Origin: an uncultured Brevifollis sp.
GTDB lineage: Bacteria; Verrucomicrobiota; Verrucomicrobiia; Verrucomicrobiales; Verrucomicrobiaceae
DNA length: 64,000 nucleotides
Assembly: GCA_964452755.1 (NCBI GenBank)
Contig: CAYVQY010000008.1
Coordinates: 34,578-98,577 of the forward strand
Reading direction: 5' to 3'
Both the position numbers and the translations under genes were made by a program. How positions within the stretch are numbered: the stretch's first letter is position 1; every line of letters begins with the position of its first letter. Positions 39,691 through 51,421 of the stretch are shown here, in pieces. The notes beneath the pieces were generated by a model, which was given only the letters and a program-made list of their open reading frames with translations, ran no database searches and was not told the origin of the DNA.

Positions 39691-40101
39691 ATGACCCCAG
39701 ACCAAAAAGCCATCGTCAAATCCACCTGGAGCATGGTGGTGCCCATCGCCGATCAAGCCGCCGCCATCTTCTACGCCAAACTCTTCGAGCTCGACCCGGG
39801 CGTGAAGCCCCTGTTTGCAAACTCCGACATGTCGGAACAGGGCAAGAAGCTGATGCAGATGATCACCATCGCCGTGAACGGCCTCGATAATCTCGAAGGC
39901 CTCATCGGTGCCGTGCAGCAGCTCGGCAAACGCCACGTCGGCTACGGCGTCAAAGCCGAGCACTACGACACCGTCGGTGCCGCCCTGCTCGACACCCTCG
40001 GCGTCGGCCTGGGCGATGCCTTCACGCCCGAGGCCAAAGAAGCGTGGACTGTCACCTACACCACGCTGGCCACCGTGATGAAAGAGGCGTCCTACAGTTA
40101 A
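39691..40101 (+). CDS. Single-domain 3/3 globin (Vitreoscilla Hb/flavohemoglobin-like)
   Basis: FY..LF..DP....LF (Tyr B10, Phe CD1), Q..KL (Gln E7), LG.RH..YGV..EHY..VG.ALL (His F8), AW...Y. Confidence 0.93.
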   Translation: MTPDQKAIVKSTWSMVVPIADQAAAIFYAKLFELDPGVKPLFANSDMSEQGKKLMQMITIAVNGLDNLEGLIGAVQQLGKRHVGYGVKAEHYDTVGAALLDTLGVGLGDAFTPEAKEAWTVTYTTLATVMKEASYS

Positions 40102-40116
40102 CATCCCGCTGAACGA

Positions 40117-40218
40117 CCTCCCGGTTGCGAAGTCAGACGTGCGAAGTGGTGGCGGCTTTGGCAGGACCACTTCTCAGACGGCTGGCTTTGCGCCGGGGGG
40201 CGGAAGGCCCTTCCGCCC
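40117..40218 (+). other. Predicted long RNA hairpin plus an overlapping GC hairpin
   Basis: CCTCCCGG/CCGGGGGG, GCGAAGTCAG/CTGGCTTTGC and GAAGTGGT/ACCACTTC nest into one stem with several G-U pairs; GGGCGGAAG-GCC-CTTCCGCCC at 40198-40218. Confidence 0.5.
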
Positions 40219-40444
40219 GAAAATTCCCCGTTGTGTCGTTTTTTAAGGTGAAATTTCCGCCTGGAAAGGAGTGAAATGGTCCGGAGGGGAGTGTTGAGAG
40301 CGTTTCGAAGTGGCAAGGTGGCACGGGTGCTGCGGCTGCATGGCATGGGGACAGAATGGTCGTGAAAAGAGCTGCAAATGAGGCCTTTCCGTATTTGCAC
40401 TCGTAACGAAAGGACGCATTCTGCCCGCCCCCCAAAGATCACCC

Positions 40445-43210
<2,766 letters not shown>

Positions 43211-43243
43211 TTCCGACTCCTTCAATTCTTGATTCCCAAAGCC

Positions 43244-44335
43244 ATGCCCCACGAAATCAAAATCCCCGCACTCGGCGAATCCGTCACCGGAGGCCAGATC
43301 TCCAAATGGAACTTCAAAGACGGCGACTACGTCAAAACCGGCGACATCCTGCTGGTCCTCGAAACGGACAAGGTGGCCGCGGAAGTCACAGCCGAAGCCA
43401 GCGGCGCCCTGACCATCACCAAGCATGTGGATGACGAGGTCGAAATCGGCGCCGTCGTCGGCCAGATCGACGAATCCGCTGAAGCGCCGGCTGAAAAGCC
43501 TGCCGAAGCGCCCAAGCCTGCGACTCCAGCCGCAGCCGCACCTGCTCCCGCCCCGGAAGTGAAGGCCGCGCCCGCTCCCGAGGCCAAAGCCGCGCCTGCA
43601 CCCGCGCCACCCGCCAAGACGCCAGCCCCTGCCGCAGGTCGTGTGACGCGGAAGAAGATGAGTCCGTTGCGGAAAAAAATCGCCGACCAGCTCGTCAGCG
43701 CCCAGCGCACCGCCGCGATCCTCACCACCTTCAACGAGTGCGACATGTCGAACGTCATGGCGCTGCGCTCGAAGCTGCAGGACAGCTTTGTCGCCAAGCA
43801 CGGCGTGAAGCTGGGTTTCATGAGCTTTTTCATCAAGGCCGTCGTCGAGGCGCTCAAGGCGGTGCCGCAGATCAATGTGCGCGTCGAGGGCGACGAAATC
43901 GTACAGCAGCACTACTACGACATCGGCGTTGCCGTCGGCACCGAGCGCGGCCTGATCGTGCCGGTGCTGCGTGACGCCGACCAGCAGTCGTTCGCGGAGC
44001 TCGAAAAGGACATCCTGGGCTACGCGGCGAAGGCCAAGGAGGGCAAGCTGCAGGTGAGCGACCTTACCGGCGGCGTCTTCACCATTTCCAACGGCGGTGT
44101 TTACGGCTCGCTGCTCAGCACGCCGATCATCAATCCGCCGCAGAGCGCCATCCTGGGCATGCACACGATCCAGAAACGCCCTGTGGCTGTCGATGGGCAG
44201 GTGGTGATCCGGCCGATGATGAACCTGGCCCTGAGCTACGACCACCGCGTGGTCGATGGCAAGGAGGCGGTGACCTTCCTCATCCGCGTGAAGGACTGCA
44301 TCGAGAATCCGGCTAGGATGCTCGTCGGTGCATAA
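43244..44335 (+). CDS. sucB: 2-oxoglutarate dehydrogenase E2 (dihydrolipoyl succinyltransferase)
   Basis: Lipoyl motif LETDKV, Ala/Pro linker, [27 protein letters not shown]. Confidence 0.97.
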   Translation: MPHEIKIPALGESVTGGQISKWNFKDGDYVKTGDILLVLETDKVAAEVTAEASGALTITKHVDDEVEIGAVVGQIDESAEAPAEKPAEAPKPATPAAAAPAPAPEVKAAPAPEAKAAPAPAPPAKTPAPAAGRVTRKKMSPLRKKIADQLVSAQRTAAILTTFNECDMSNVMALRSKLQDSFVAKHGVKLGFMSFFIKAVVEALKAVPQINVRVEGDEIVQQHYYDIGVAVGTERGLIVPVLRDADQQSFAELEKDILGYAAKAKEGKLQVSDLTGGVFTISNGGVYGSLLSTPIINPPQSAILGMHTIQKRPVAVDGQVVIRPMMNLALSYDHRVVDGKEAVTFLIRVKDCIENPARMLVGA

Positions 44336-44402
44336 ACAAAGTTTTTGTGGCCAGTCATCCGTGATTTTGCCATGATCGTGCCGTTCAGTCCCCGGAACGG
44401 TC

Positions 44403-47400
44403 ATGGCAGGTGATTCCCAAAGCTCGTTTTTCAGCTCCATCACACCGCAGCAGGTGCTGGCCGTTCTGACGCTCGTCAGCAGCACGGTCCTGCTGCAAAT
44501 CCAGCCCCTGCAGTCGCGGCGCGAGCTTGATCTGGCCGGGCCTGCCTCGGCTCTGGGGGACGATCATAAATTTCTGGCCTCGCACATCGAGGATCCACTG
44601 ATGGCGCTCAAGGCGCAGACCGTGGTGGACCCGGGCGAGGCCAATTTCAATCCGTCAGCGCAGGTGAAGGCCTTCAGCCACTGGGGCTACTTCCTGGAAG
44701 TCGAGGAGGCCGTGGAGGACAACCGCAAGGTGCAGGTGATTTGCGCCCTGCTGAGGTCGGGGTCGGATCTGGCGTCACGCGAGCAGCGGCACCGCGCACG
44801 GCTCGCAGTCGTCTCGGCGCTGGCGACTTCCGGGTATGTGCCGGTTTCTTCGCGCCGCATGCAGGTGTGCAGATTGAAGGACATCGTGAGCAAGAACCCC
44901 CAGGCCTTTGTGATGGACTGGAAGCTGGGCAATGACACGATGGACGTGCCTTTTGAATGGTTCAAACCCACGGACGCGCTGCCGGGTGTCTGGGAGAAAA
45001 AGCGCTTCAGCAAGATCTGTGTGCTGTGGTTCGACATGGAGGCGGTGATGGGCAGGGAGGCGTCCCCCAAGCCTCTCGAGCGGATGAGAAGCATCCTGCA
45101 TGCGATGCTGACGGGGCACCCGCGCCCGATCGCTTCGGCGCAGCGGCGGGAGTTTGATCCCGGCCTGGTCGAAACAGCCCTGCTCGGCCCGCCGGACAGC
45201 GGCGCATTGTCGGTGATGCTGGGTGAGGCGCAGACAGCCTATGAGAGGGGCCGGAAAAGCGACCGTCTCTGGGAGCAGTCGCTCGTCATGGCGTCACCCT
45301 ACGCCACCTCGTCCGCCGAGGCGCTGATGCGGTCCGCCGGCAGGAGTGACCGATCCCGGGCGACGGGTTACGAGGAGGAGGACCGGCGGATTCGTGAAGA
45401 GGAGGTCCATTTTTGGATGGATGCGGCTCTGCGCGGCCTGCAGTCGAAACCGGGCGTGCAGGGCCTCTTCATGCGCACCGCGTTGACCGATGACCATGTG
45501 GCCGAGGCGCTGGCCGATGAACTTGGACGGCGCGGGATTGATCTTTCCACAGAGTCAGACGGAGATGAGACGAGAAAGGGTGACATTGTCCTGATTTCCG
45601 AATTCGATACAAGTTACGGCAGGGAGTTGCCCCTGAGTTTTCTGGCGGCGGCAGGTGTTGAGGATGGAAAGAGAGTTCTGAACAGGCCTGACAGTCGCTG
45701 GCACTGGACAGCCTTTGCCCGCGGACTGGATGGTCGATTCGGCGCCGCCGTCCGGCTGGAAGCTGGCGCGGACTCCGGCGGGGAGGGCCGAAACTCCGTG
45801 GCGGGTGACGTGCCGCGAGGACCGGACCAGACGGACGCCCTCAGACGGCTGGCAGTGCAGCTGGTGGAGCTGCACGAAAGCCGCCAGCGGGAAGGCAAGC
45901 CGGGCATCGTAGCCGTCGGCGTGCTGGGAGGGGACGTGTATGACAAGTTGCTGGTGTTTCGAGCCTTGCGACCGCTGCTGGCCAACAGTCTGTTTTTCAC
46001 GAACAACCTGGATGCGTGGCTGTGGGAAACGAACGAGCTGCGGACGACACGGAACCTGATCGTCGGCTCCCCGTTTGACCTGCGCCTGGCGGATCGCTGG
46101 CAGGCCGGCAAGCCGCCGTTCCGGGACAGCTACCAGACTTCCGTCTATGCGGCGGCCTTGACGCTGGTCACGGGAGCGGAGGAACTGAAATCTGCCATGA
46201 GTCCGAACGGAGCGCGCAAGCGGGAGGCGCGGCTGTTTGAAATCGGGCGCACTCTGCCGGTGGACATGTCTCTGCCGGCGGAGGGCGTCTCCCTGCATCC
46301 GGAGCCGGAGGTGCAGAAGCCGTTCTGGACGCAGGTCGGGCGGTTGTGGCGCGCCGCGGCGCTGACTTTTCTTTGCCTGCTGTGTTTCGTCGCATGGTAT
46401 GCGATCAGCAACATGCCCGACGTGCGGATGCGCGGCGCCGCAGGGGAAGGGAAGGGGTGTTTCCGGCTCAGCGAGGAGGAAATCATGCGTCTGGCCCAGA
46501 ATCCGGCGTGGATTCTCGTGATCGTGACCGGCGTTCAGCTCGTGACCTATCTGTGCTGGCTGTCGCAGACGGGTGAAGGCGAAGTGTTCCTCTATCGTGC
46601 CGGCGTGAGTTCGTGGCCGTTTTTCTCCATGAATCTGGCGGCCGTTCTGACGGGTTTGTTTCTGATGCTGAGGGCGCTGTCGATTTTACACCAGGGGCGC
46701 GGAAATCTGGACGCGCAGTACTTTGCGGATGAGCAGCAGTCGGAGAGGACCGGCAGGGACGGCTGGCTGTCGCGCATCACTCTGAACTGGGACAAATCGC
46801 GGCTGGTGTCCTCAGGAAAGGGAGGGGAGGGACCGGTTTTGGAGATCGCCCATCTGTGGCGGGCTTTCCGCGGCAGCAGCGCATCCAGTGTGCGGCTGGC
46901 GCGTTCGGGCATCATCACCTGCTGCATTTTGACGGCGGTCTGGCTGCTTTCGGACTTTCTGCCGCAGCCGAACATACCCGTGCGCGGCGGCGCGGCGCGC
47001 ATGATGTTCTGTTGGGTGGAAAAGGCGTCGCTGGTCGCCTTCGTTTGGTTGGGAGTGCTGGTTTTTGATGCGCTGTGGCTGAACCGCATCTTCATCGACT
47101 GGTTCGGGCGTGGAACGAGCAACTGGCCGCCGGCTGCCGCAGGCAGGCATGTCCGTGAAGCGGAGCCGTCCAAGTCGGTGTGCGATTTGATCGACCTTCG
47201 GCTCATCGCCGACTGGACGCGCGACATGGGACGGCTGACGGCGCTGCCTTTTTTCGTCCTTGCGCTCCTATTCATGGCGCGCCTGAATTTCTTTGACGCC
47301 TGGAGCTGGCCGGCGCACACCGGCGCGGCGCTCGGATTCATGGTCCTGCTTGTCATTCTCGCTGCCTGGAGGGCGCATGCGGCAGCGGAGCGTCTCAGAC

Positions 47401-47594
47401 GTGAGGCGCTGCAGAATCTCCAGGCGGCTCCGGCGGGCGGGGACTCGGACAGGCTGGAAGCGGAGATCCAAGGACTGTCCCACGGGGCTTTCATGCCCTT
47501 TTTGAAACAGCCGGTGATGGAGGCTGTTTACTGGCTCGTCAGCGCACTGAGTGTTACGGGGCTGTGGCAGGCGATCTCACAGCTCGTTTCGTGA
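44403..47594 (+). CDS. Large hypothetical membrane protein (N-terminal soluble region, about 7-8 C-terminal TM helices)
   Basis: 1063-aa uninterrupted ORF; N-terminal hydrophobic anchor and many hydrophobic segments after about residue 650. Confidence 0.75.
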   Translation: MAGDSQSSFFSSITPQQVLAVLTLVSSTVLLQIQPLQSRRELDLAGPASALGDDHKFLASHIEDPLMALKAQTVVDPGEANFNPSAQVKAFSHWGYFLEVEEAVEDNRKVQVICALLRSGSDLASREQRHRARLAVVSALATSGYVPVSSRRMQVCRLKDIVSKNPQAFVMDWKLGNDTMDVPFEWFKPTDALPGVWEKKRFSKICVLWFDMEAVMGREASPKPLERMRSILHAMLTGHPRPIASAQRREFDPGLVETALLGPPDSGALSVMLGEAQTAYERGRKSDRLWEQSLVMASPYATSSAEALMRSAGRSDRSRATGYEEEDRRIREEEVHFWMDAALRGLQSKPGVQGLFMRTALTDDHVAEALADELGRRGIDLSTESDGDETRKGDIVLISEFDTSYGRELPLSFLAAAGVEDGKRVLNRPDSRWHWTAFARGLDGRFGAAVRLEAGADSGGEGRNSVAGDVPRGPDQTDALRRLAVQLVELHESRQREGKPGIVAVGVLGGDVYDKLLVFRALRPLLANSLFFTNNLDAWLWETNELRTTRNLIVGSPFDLRLADRWQAGKPPFRDSYQTSVYAAALTLVTGAEELKSAMSPNGARKREARLFEIGRTLPVDMSLPAEGVSLHPEPEVQKPFWTQVGRLWRAAALTFLCLLCFVAWYAISNMPDVRMRGAAGEGKGCFRLSEEEIMRLAQNPAWILVIVTGVQLVTYLCWLSQTGEGEVFLYRAGVSSWPFFSMNLAAVLTGLFLMLRALSILHQGRGNLDAQYFADEQQSERTGRDGWLSRITLNWDKSRLVSSGKGGEGPVLEIAHLWRAFRGSSASSVRLARSGIITCCILTAVWLLSDFLPQPNIPVRGGAARMMFCWVEKASLVAFVWLGVLVFDALWLNRIFIDWFGRGTSNWPPAAAGRHVREAEPSKSVCDLIDLRLIADWTRDMGRLTALPFFVLALLFMARLNFFDAWSWPAHTGAALGFMVLLVILAAWRAHAAAERLRREALQNLQAAPAGGDSDRLEAEIQGLSHGAFMPFLKQPVMEAVYWLVSALSVTGLWQAISQLVS

Positions 47595-47685
47595 GATCGC
47601 AACGGCTGCCGTCCATTGCGTGACGTAATATTGCTGAACAAAGCGGTTGCAGCGCGTTCTCAGACACGCACTGAAAGAAGAAGCA

Positions 47686-48585
47686 ATGACCCCCGAACCC
47701 ACCAGCACCCTTCCTCCGCTCGAAGCGCATGCGCCGAAGGGGTGGGCCGTGTGGCTGCGCAACAAGTTCCTCGCGGGGCTGGCATTGGCGCTGCCGCTGA
47801 TCATCACTTTTTGGATTCTCTACTCGATCTACGACATCCTGCACGGCTGGAGCAAGCCGGTGCTGGCGCAAATCGTCAGCCTCGTGAACGAGCTGTCGGA
47901 TCAACCGCTGTTGGACATCAATGATCCCAAACTTGAAAATTTTACGAACTTCATCGGCTTTCTCTTCTCGCTGGGCATCATTCTCGGCCTGGGGTTCATG
48001 GCCACGAACTTCATCGGCGTCCATGTGGTCACCGCCATCGACAAACTGCTGCTCCGCGTGCCCCTTGTCGCCGTCATTTACCGCCCATTGAAGCAGGTGA
48101 TCGACGCCTTCCGCAACCTGGGCGGCACCAAGCAGAACTTCAAGCGGGTGGTCTTTGTGGACTACCCCGTTCCCGGGATGCGCATGCTGGGTTTCGCAAC
48201 CGGCCAGTTTTGCGATCCGCAGAACGGAAAGGCGCTGACTTGCGTCCTTCTGCCAACGGCGCCCAGTCCGATGACCGGTTTTCTGCTGGTGGTCGATTCG
48301 GAGAAAGTCAGCGATGCGCCGATCACCATCGAGGAGGCGATGAAGATGATCATTTCCGGCGGACTCGTCGTTCCCACGAATCCGGTGCCGCCGCTGAATC
48401 AAAAACCCGCAGTTCTCGAAGACATTCCGGAGTCCCTGCCGGAGTCTGAAACCGATGCGGAGTTGCCTGCGGGACTTCCCCGCGCCGAAGACTTCGACGC
48501 AGGCGACATCGAAATCCTCTCCGAGTCCATGAACATTAAAAGCGGCACCCGTTGGTTGCGTGGCCTGCCCTGGAAAAAGCGCTGA
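47686..48585 (+). CDS. DUF502 family membrane protein
   Basis: FLAGL...LPL.IT, LL.RVP.V..IY...KQ, VV.V.YP, LPTAP.P.TGF, EEAMK.IISGG. Confidence 0.88.
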   Translation: MTPEPTSTLPPLEAHAPKGWAVWLRNKFLAGLALALPLIITFWILYSIYDILHGWSKPVLAQIVSLVNELSDQPLLDINDPKLENFTNFIGFLFSLGIILGLGFMATNFIGVHVVTAIDKLLLRVPLVAVIYRPLKQVIDAFRNLGGTKQNFKRVVFVDYPVPGMRMLGFATGQFCDPQNGKALTCVLLPTAPSPMTGFLLVVDSEKVSDAPITIEEAMKMIISGGLVVPTNPVPPLNQKPAVLEDIPESLPESETDAELPAGLPRAEDFDAGDIEILSESMNIKSGTRWLRGLPWKKR

Positions 48586-48591
48586 CCTATT

Positions 48592-49077
48592 GTGAGCATC
48601 GACTGGCAAACATGGGCGCCGGATGTGCGGGCAACGTTGATGTTCATTATTGATGAAGAGCGGGGAGAAGTGCTGCTCATCCGCAAAAAACGCGGTCTCG
48701 GCGCAGGCAAGATCAACGGCCCGGGAGGAAAGCTGGAGACTGGAGAGACCTCCGAGGAGTGCGCCGTTCGAGAAACCCGGGAGGAGTTGGGTGTCACGGC
48801 CCTGAATCCTGCTCATCACGGCGAGCTCTCGTTTCAGTTCGTGGACGGTCTGCGCATGCATGTGGACGTTTTCCTGGCCACCGAACATGAGGGCACACCC
48901 GTCGAGACACCTGAGGCGCTGCCCCTGTGGACTAGCCTGAAAGCACTTCCCTTCGATGAAATGTGGGCGGATGACGTCCATTGGCTCGCGGAGACACTGG
49001 TGGAGCGTCGCCGGTTTGTCGGACGTTTTGTGTTTGATAACGACACGATGCTTTCCCAGCATGTGGAATGGCTCTGA
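48592..49077 (+). CDS. NUDIX hydrolase, 8-oxo-dGTP diphosphatase-like
   Basis: KKRGLG.G..NG.GGK.E.GE....CA.RE..EELG Nudix box; MW.DD..W. Confidence 0.9.
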   Translation: MSIDWQTWAPDVRATLMFIIDEERGEVLLIRKKRGLGAGKINGPGGKLETGETSEECAVRETREELGVTALNPAHHGELSFQFVDGLRMHVDVFLATEHEGTPVETPEALPLWTSLKALPFDEMWADDVHWLAETLVERRRFVGRFVFDNDTMLSQHVEWL

Positions 49078-49339
49078 CCACCCTGATAGAACGACTCCAT
49101 TCACTCCCAATCGGGTCCACCGGTGGCCTTGTGGCGGGTTTATGAAGAAAAAAGAATCGGGGGTGTCGAAGTTTAGACTCGCCGCTTGCTACAAGGCACA
49201 AGCGTGCTAATAAACGGCTCAGGTTAAAGGATAGGAGTGAAGAAATTTCAAAATTATGAATTCATCAGTGATTCTGAAATTTCAAAAACTTCATGCTAAT
49301 TCTAAAAACATCTTGCGGCAGTAGGGTGTTGCGTGATAA

Positions 49340-49345
49340 TATAAT
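49340..49345 (+). promoter_or_regulatory. Sigma70-type -10 element in the AT-rich tRNA promoter region
   Basis: Perfect TATAAT 7 nt before the tRNA; an alternative TTGCGG-N16-GATAAT lies at 49313-49340. Confidence 0.5.
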
Positions 49346-49352
49346 CTTAATT

Positions 49353-49423
49353 GCGGGTATAGCTTAATGGTAAAGTTCCAGCCTTCCACGCTGGCCATGT
49401 GGGTTCGATTCCCACTACCCGCT
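49353..49423 (+). tRNA. tRNA-Gly (anticodon TCC), CCA not encoded
   Basis: Acceptor GCGGGTA/TACCCGC, anticodon arm CCAGC-CTTCCAC-GCTGG, T arm GTGGG-TTCGATT-CCCAC, discriminator T. Confidence 0.95.
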
Positions 49424-49467
49424 CTGAGAAAGTGCTCGTTTTTGCAATTCCTATAACCACTGCCGCC

Positions 49468-50043
49468 ATGAAAGCTGTGTCCTCTGCCCGCAACGCTGGT
49501 CTATCCGTCTGCGTGTCCCTCTTTGTTTGGACTGTTCCGTGCATCGCTCAAGTGCAGGGCGGGTGCTCTGACATCGCCGGCGACGTTCGAATCGCCGTTG
49601 AAAAGGATCCTTCCAAAGTCCTGATGGTGGTGGAGGACGCTTTGGTCATCAATGAAGGCTGCGCCTCGGATATCGTGACAGCGGCCATCCTCGCATCCAA
49701 GGCGGACGAGTCATTGGCTTCCCAGATCGTGCAGACCGCAGTGTCCGTGGCGCCAAAAATGGCGGCCGCGATTAACAGTGCTGCTGCCATGGCCTCACCG
49801 GGCCTCGTCGCCGCAGCTGCTCCATTCGATGAGGTGATGACTCCAGAGCTGAGCAGTGGCAAGAATCCGGAAAAAAATCCCATCATTCCTCCCGCACCAG
49901 TTGTTGAGGAGGATTTCTTCGTTCCCGCATCGATTCGCGGCGTTTACCTGATCCAGCCGCCAGCCTCTGGACCTTTGCCATGCGATCCCACAGATCGTAA
50001 TTGCAATCCGAATCCGGTGTCTCCTTCGGTGGCGACGAGCTAG
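49468..50043 (+). CDS. Hypothetical exported Ala-rich protein
   Basis: ATG at 49468, hydrophobic N-terminus, helical IV.AA repeats, Pro-rich tail; first gene of the polysaccharide export run. Confidence 0.65.
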   Translation: MKAVSSARNAGLSVCVSLFVWTVPCIAQVQGGCSDIAGDVRIAVEKDPSKVLMVVEDALVINEGCASDIVTAAILASKADESLASQIVQTAVSVAPKMAAAINSAAAMASPGLVAAAAPFDEVMTPELSSGKNPEKNPIIPPAPVVEEDFFVPASIRGVYLIQPPASGPLPCDPTDRNCNPNPVSPSVATS

Positions 50044-50096
50044 TCGTGTGACAAGACTAGCTGCGACCCTCTTCCTTATTCACGAACTCACCCGCC

Positions 50097-51299
50097 ATGC
50101 GAATTCGAATTGCCATGATCATCATTGCTACTGCGATGACGTACCCTGTCGTAGCGCGTGCCCAAGGCTTGGTGGCCATTCAGAACTACTCGGCTGATTT
50201 TCAAACCGAGCAGCCGTTGACGTTTTCCATCACGAGTCAGGGCGGCTACGACTTCCTGAGCTACAGGGTCAACTCTCCGTTGGTTCAGGACATTGAATCC
50301 TGGTACATGCAGGGCGGATTCAGTGTGGCCTACACGGAGAAGGATCGCACGACGCCGTGGTCGTTCTCTCTCGATACCAGCGTGATCAACTACATCGACG
50401 GAGTGCCGCGCTTTGGTGACACCTTCTACAACGCACGGGCGACCTTCAACTTCGAGCACGCTTTCTCCGAGCGCCTGAAAATCAGCAACAACTTCTACGC
50501 CACCTACGGCGTGGATCCCAGCAACGGGTTCGGCTACGGCGGCTCCACGACACTCTGGAACGGGCAGTACTTCTATGGCTACAACAACTTCAACGTGAGC
50601 TACGCCTGGTCACCGCGGTTTTCGACGACGACGTCCTACACCATCGACGGCATCGGCTACCAGGACGACCTGGTCGCCAATCCCGAGGATCGGTACACGC
50701 ACCTGTTTGCCCAGCAGTTCGCCTACCGTCTCTCCAAGCAGACGAGCGTCACGGCGGAATACCGCTACCGCATGACCGTCTTCGACAAATCACCGTCCAA
50801 GAATTTCAACTCGCAGTTCGCCCTCGTGGGTGTTGATCATGCCTGGAGCGAGCGCATGTCAGGATCGGCTCGTGTGGGTGCGGAGTTTTATGAATCGGAC
50901 CGCGTCAGCAGCGTCGCCCCGTATGCCGAAGGCGCCCTCAACTATGCCGTGGACCGCCACACCATGGTTCGCTGGTTTGCCGCGCTCGGATTCAATGGCG
51001 CAGAGCTGGCCGCCTTCAACAGCCGCTACGGCTTGAACACCGGTGTCCAGGTGAATCACAACATCACCAAGCGCCTGAGCACCAACATGGGGGCGTCGTA
51101 TTCCTACAGCACCTTTGAAAGCCCCGGCGGCGCGGACTCCGTGGAGCACGCGGGGCTGCTCTCCGCAGGCATCGGCTACCAGCTTTTTGAGAACTTCAAC
51201 GTCAACGCCGGCTACTCCTACTCGATCCTGCAGGCTACCGATGCGCTGCGTGAGTTTGACCGCCATCGTGTGTCCCTCGGCGCGACCGCCTCCTTTTAA
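50097..51299 (+). CDS. Outer-membrane beta-barrel protein (polysaccharide export-associated)
   Basis: Signal peptide, alternating Tyr/Phe-rich strands, terminal Phe; adjacent to wzc and wza homologs. Confidence 0.8.
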   Translation: MRIRIAMIIIATAMTYPVVARAQGLVAIQNYSADFQTEQPLTFSITSQGGYDFLSYRVNSPLVQDIESWYMQGGFSVAYTEKDRTTPWSFSLDTSVINYIDGVPRFGDTFYNARATFNFEHAFSERLKISNNFYATYGVDPSNGFGYGGSTTLWNGQYFYGYNNFNVSYAWSPRFSTTTSYTIDGIGYQDDLVANPEDRYTHLFAQQFAYRLSKQTSVTAEYRYRMTVFDKSPSKNFNSQFALVGVDHAWSERMSGSARVGAEFYESDRVSSVAPYAEGALNYAVDRHTMVRWFAALGFNGAELAAFNSRYGLNTGVQVNHNITKRLSTNMGASYSYSTFESPGGADSVEHAGLLSAGIGYQLFENFNVNAGYSYSILQATDALREFDRHRVSLGATASF

Positions 51300-51324
51300 A
51301 ATCCCCTCAACAGCCAGACCCAAT

Positions 51325-51369
51325 CCGCCGGCGGGCAAAATTCGGACACCACGAATTTCCCGCTGGCGG
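51325..51369 (+). terminator. Intergenic stem-loop (terminator or mRNA stabiliser)
   Basis: CCGCCGGCGGG..AAATTCG / CGAATTT CCCGCTGGCGG inverted repeat; no strong U tail. Confidence 0.45.
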
Positions 51370-51421
51370 CATTTCAAGACCTGATTCTTAACCATTACGA
51401 AATACTTTCCCAACGTCCTGC

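Noticed and set aside
43480-43640. Repetitive GC-rich stretch in sucB
   Set aside because: Ordinary Ala/Pro/Lys linker of E2 subunits.
49317-49328. GGCAGTAGGGTG resembling the RfaH ops element upstream of polysaccharide genes
   Set aside because: One mismatch in the core, it lies upstream of the likely -10 so may not be transcribed, and ops is characterised mainly in enterobacteria.
49353-49423. tRNA-Gly as an integration site for a genomic island
   Set aside because: No integrase and no duplicated tRNA 3' end seen in the window.
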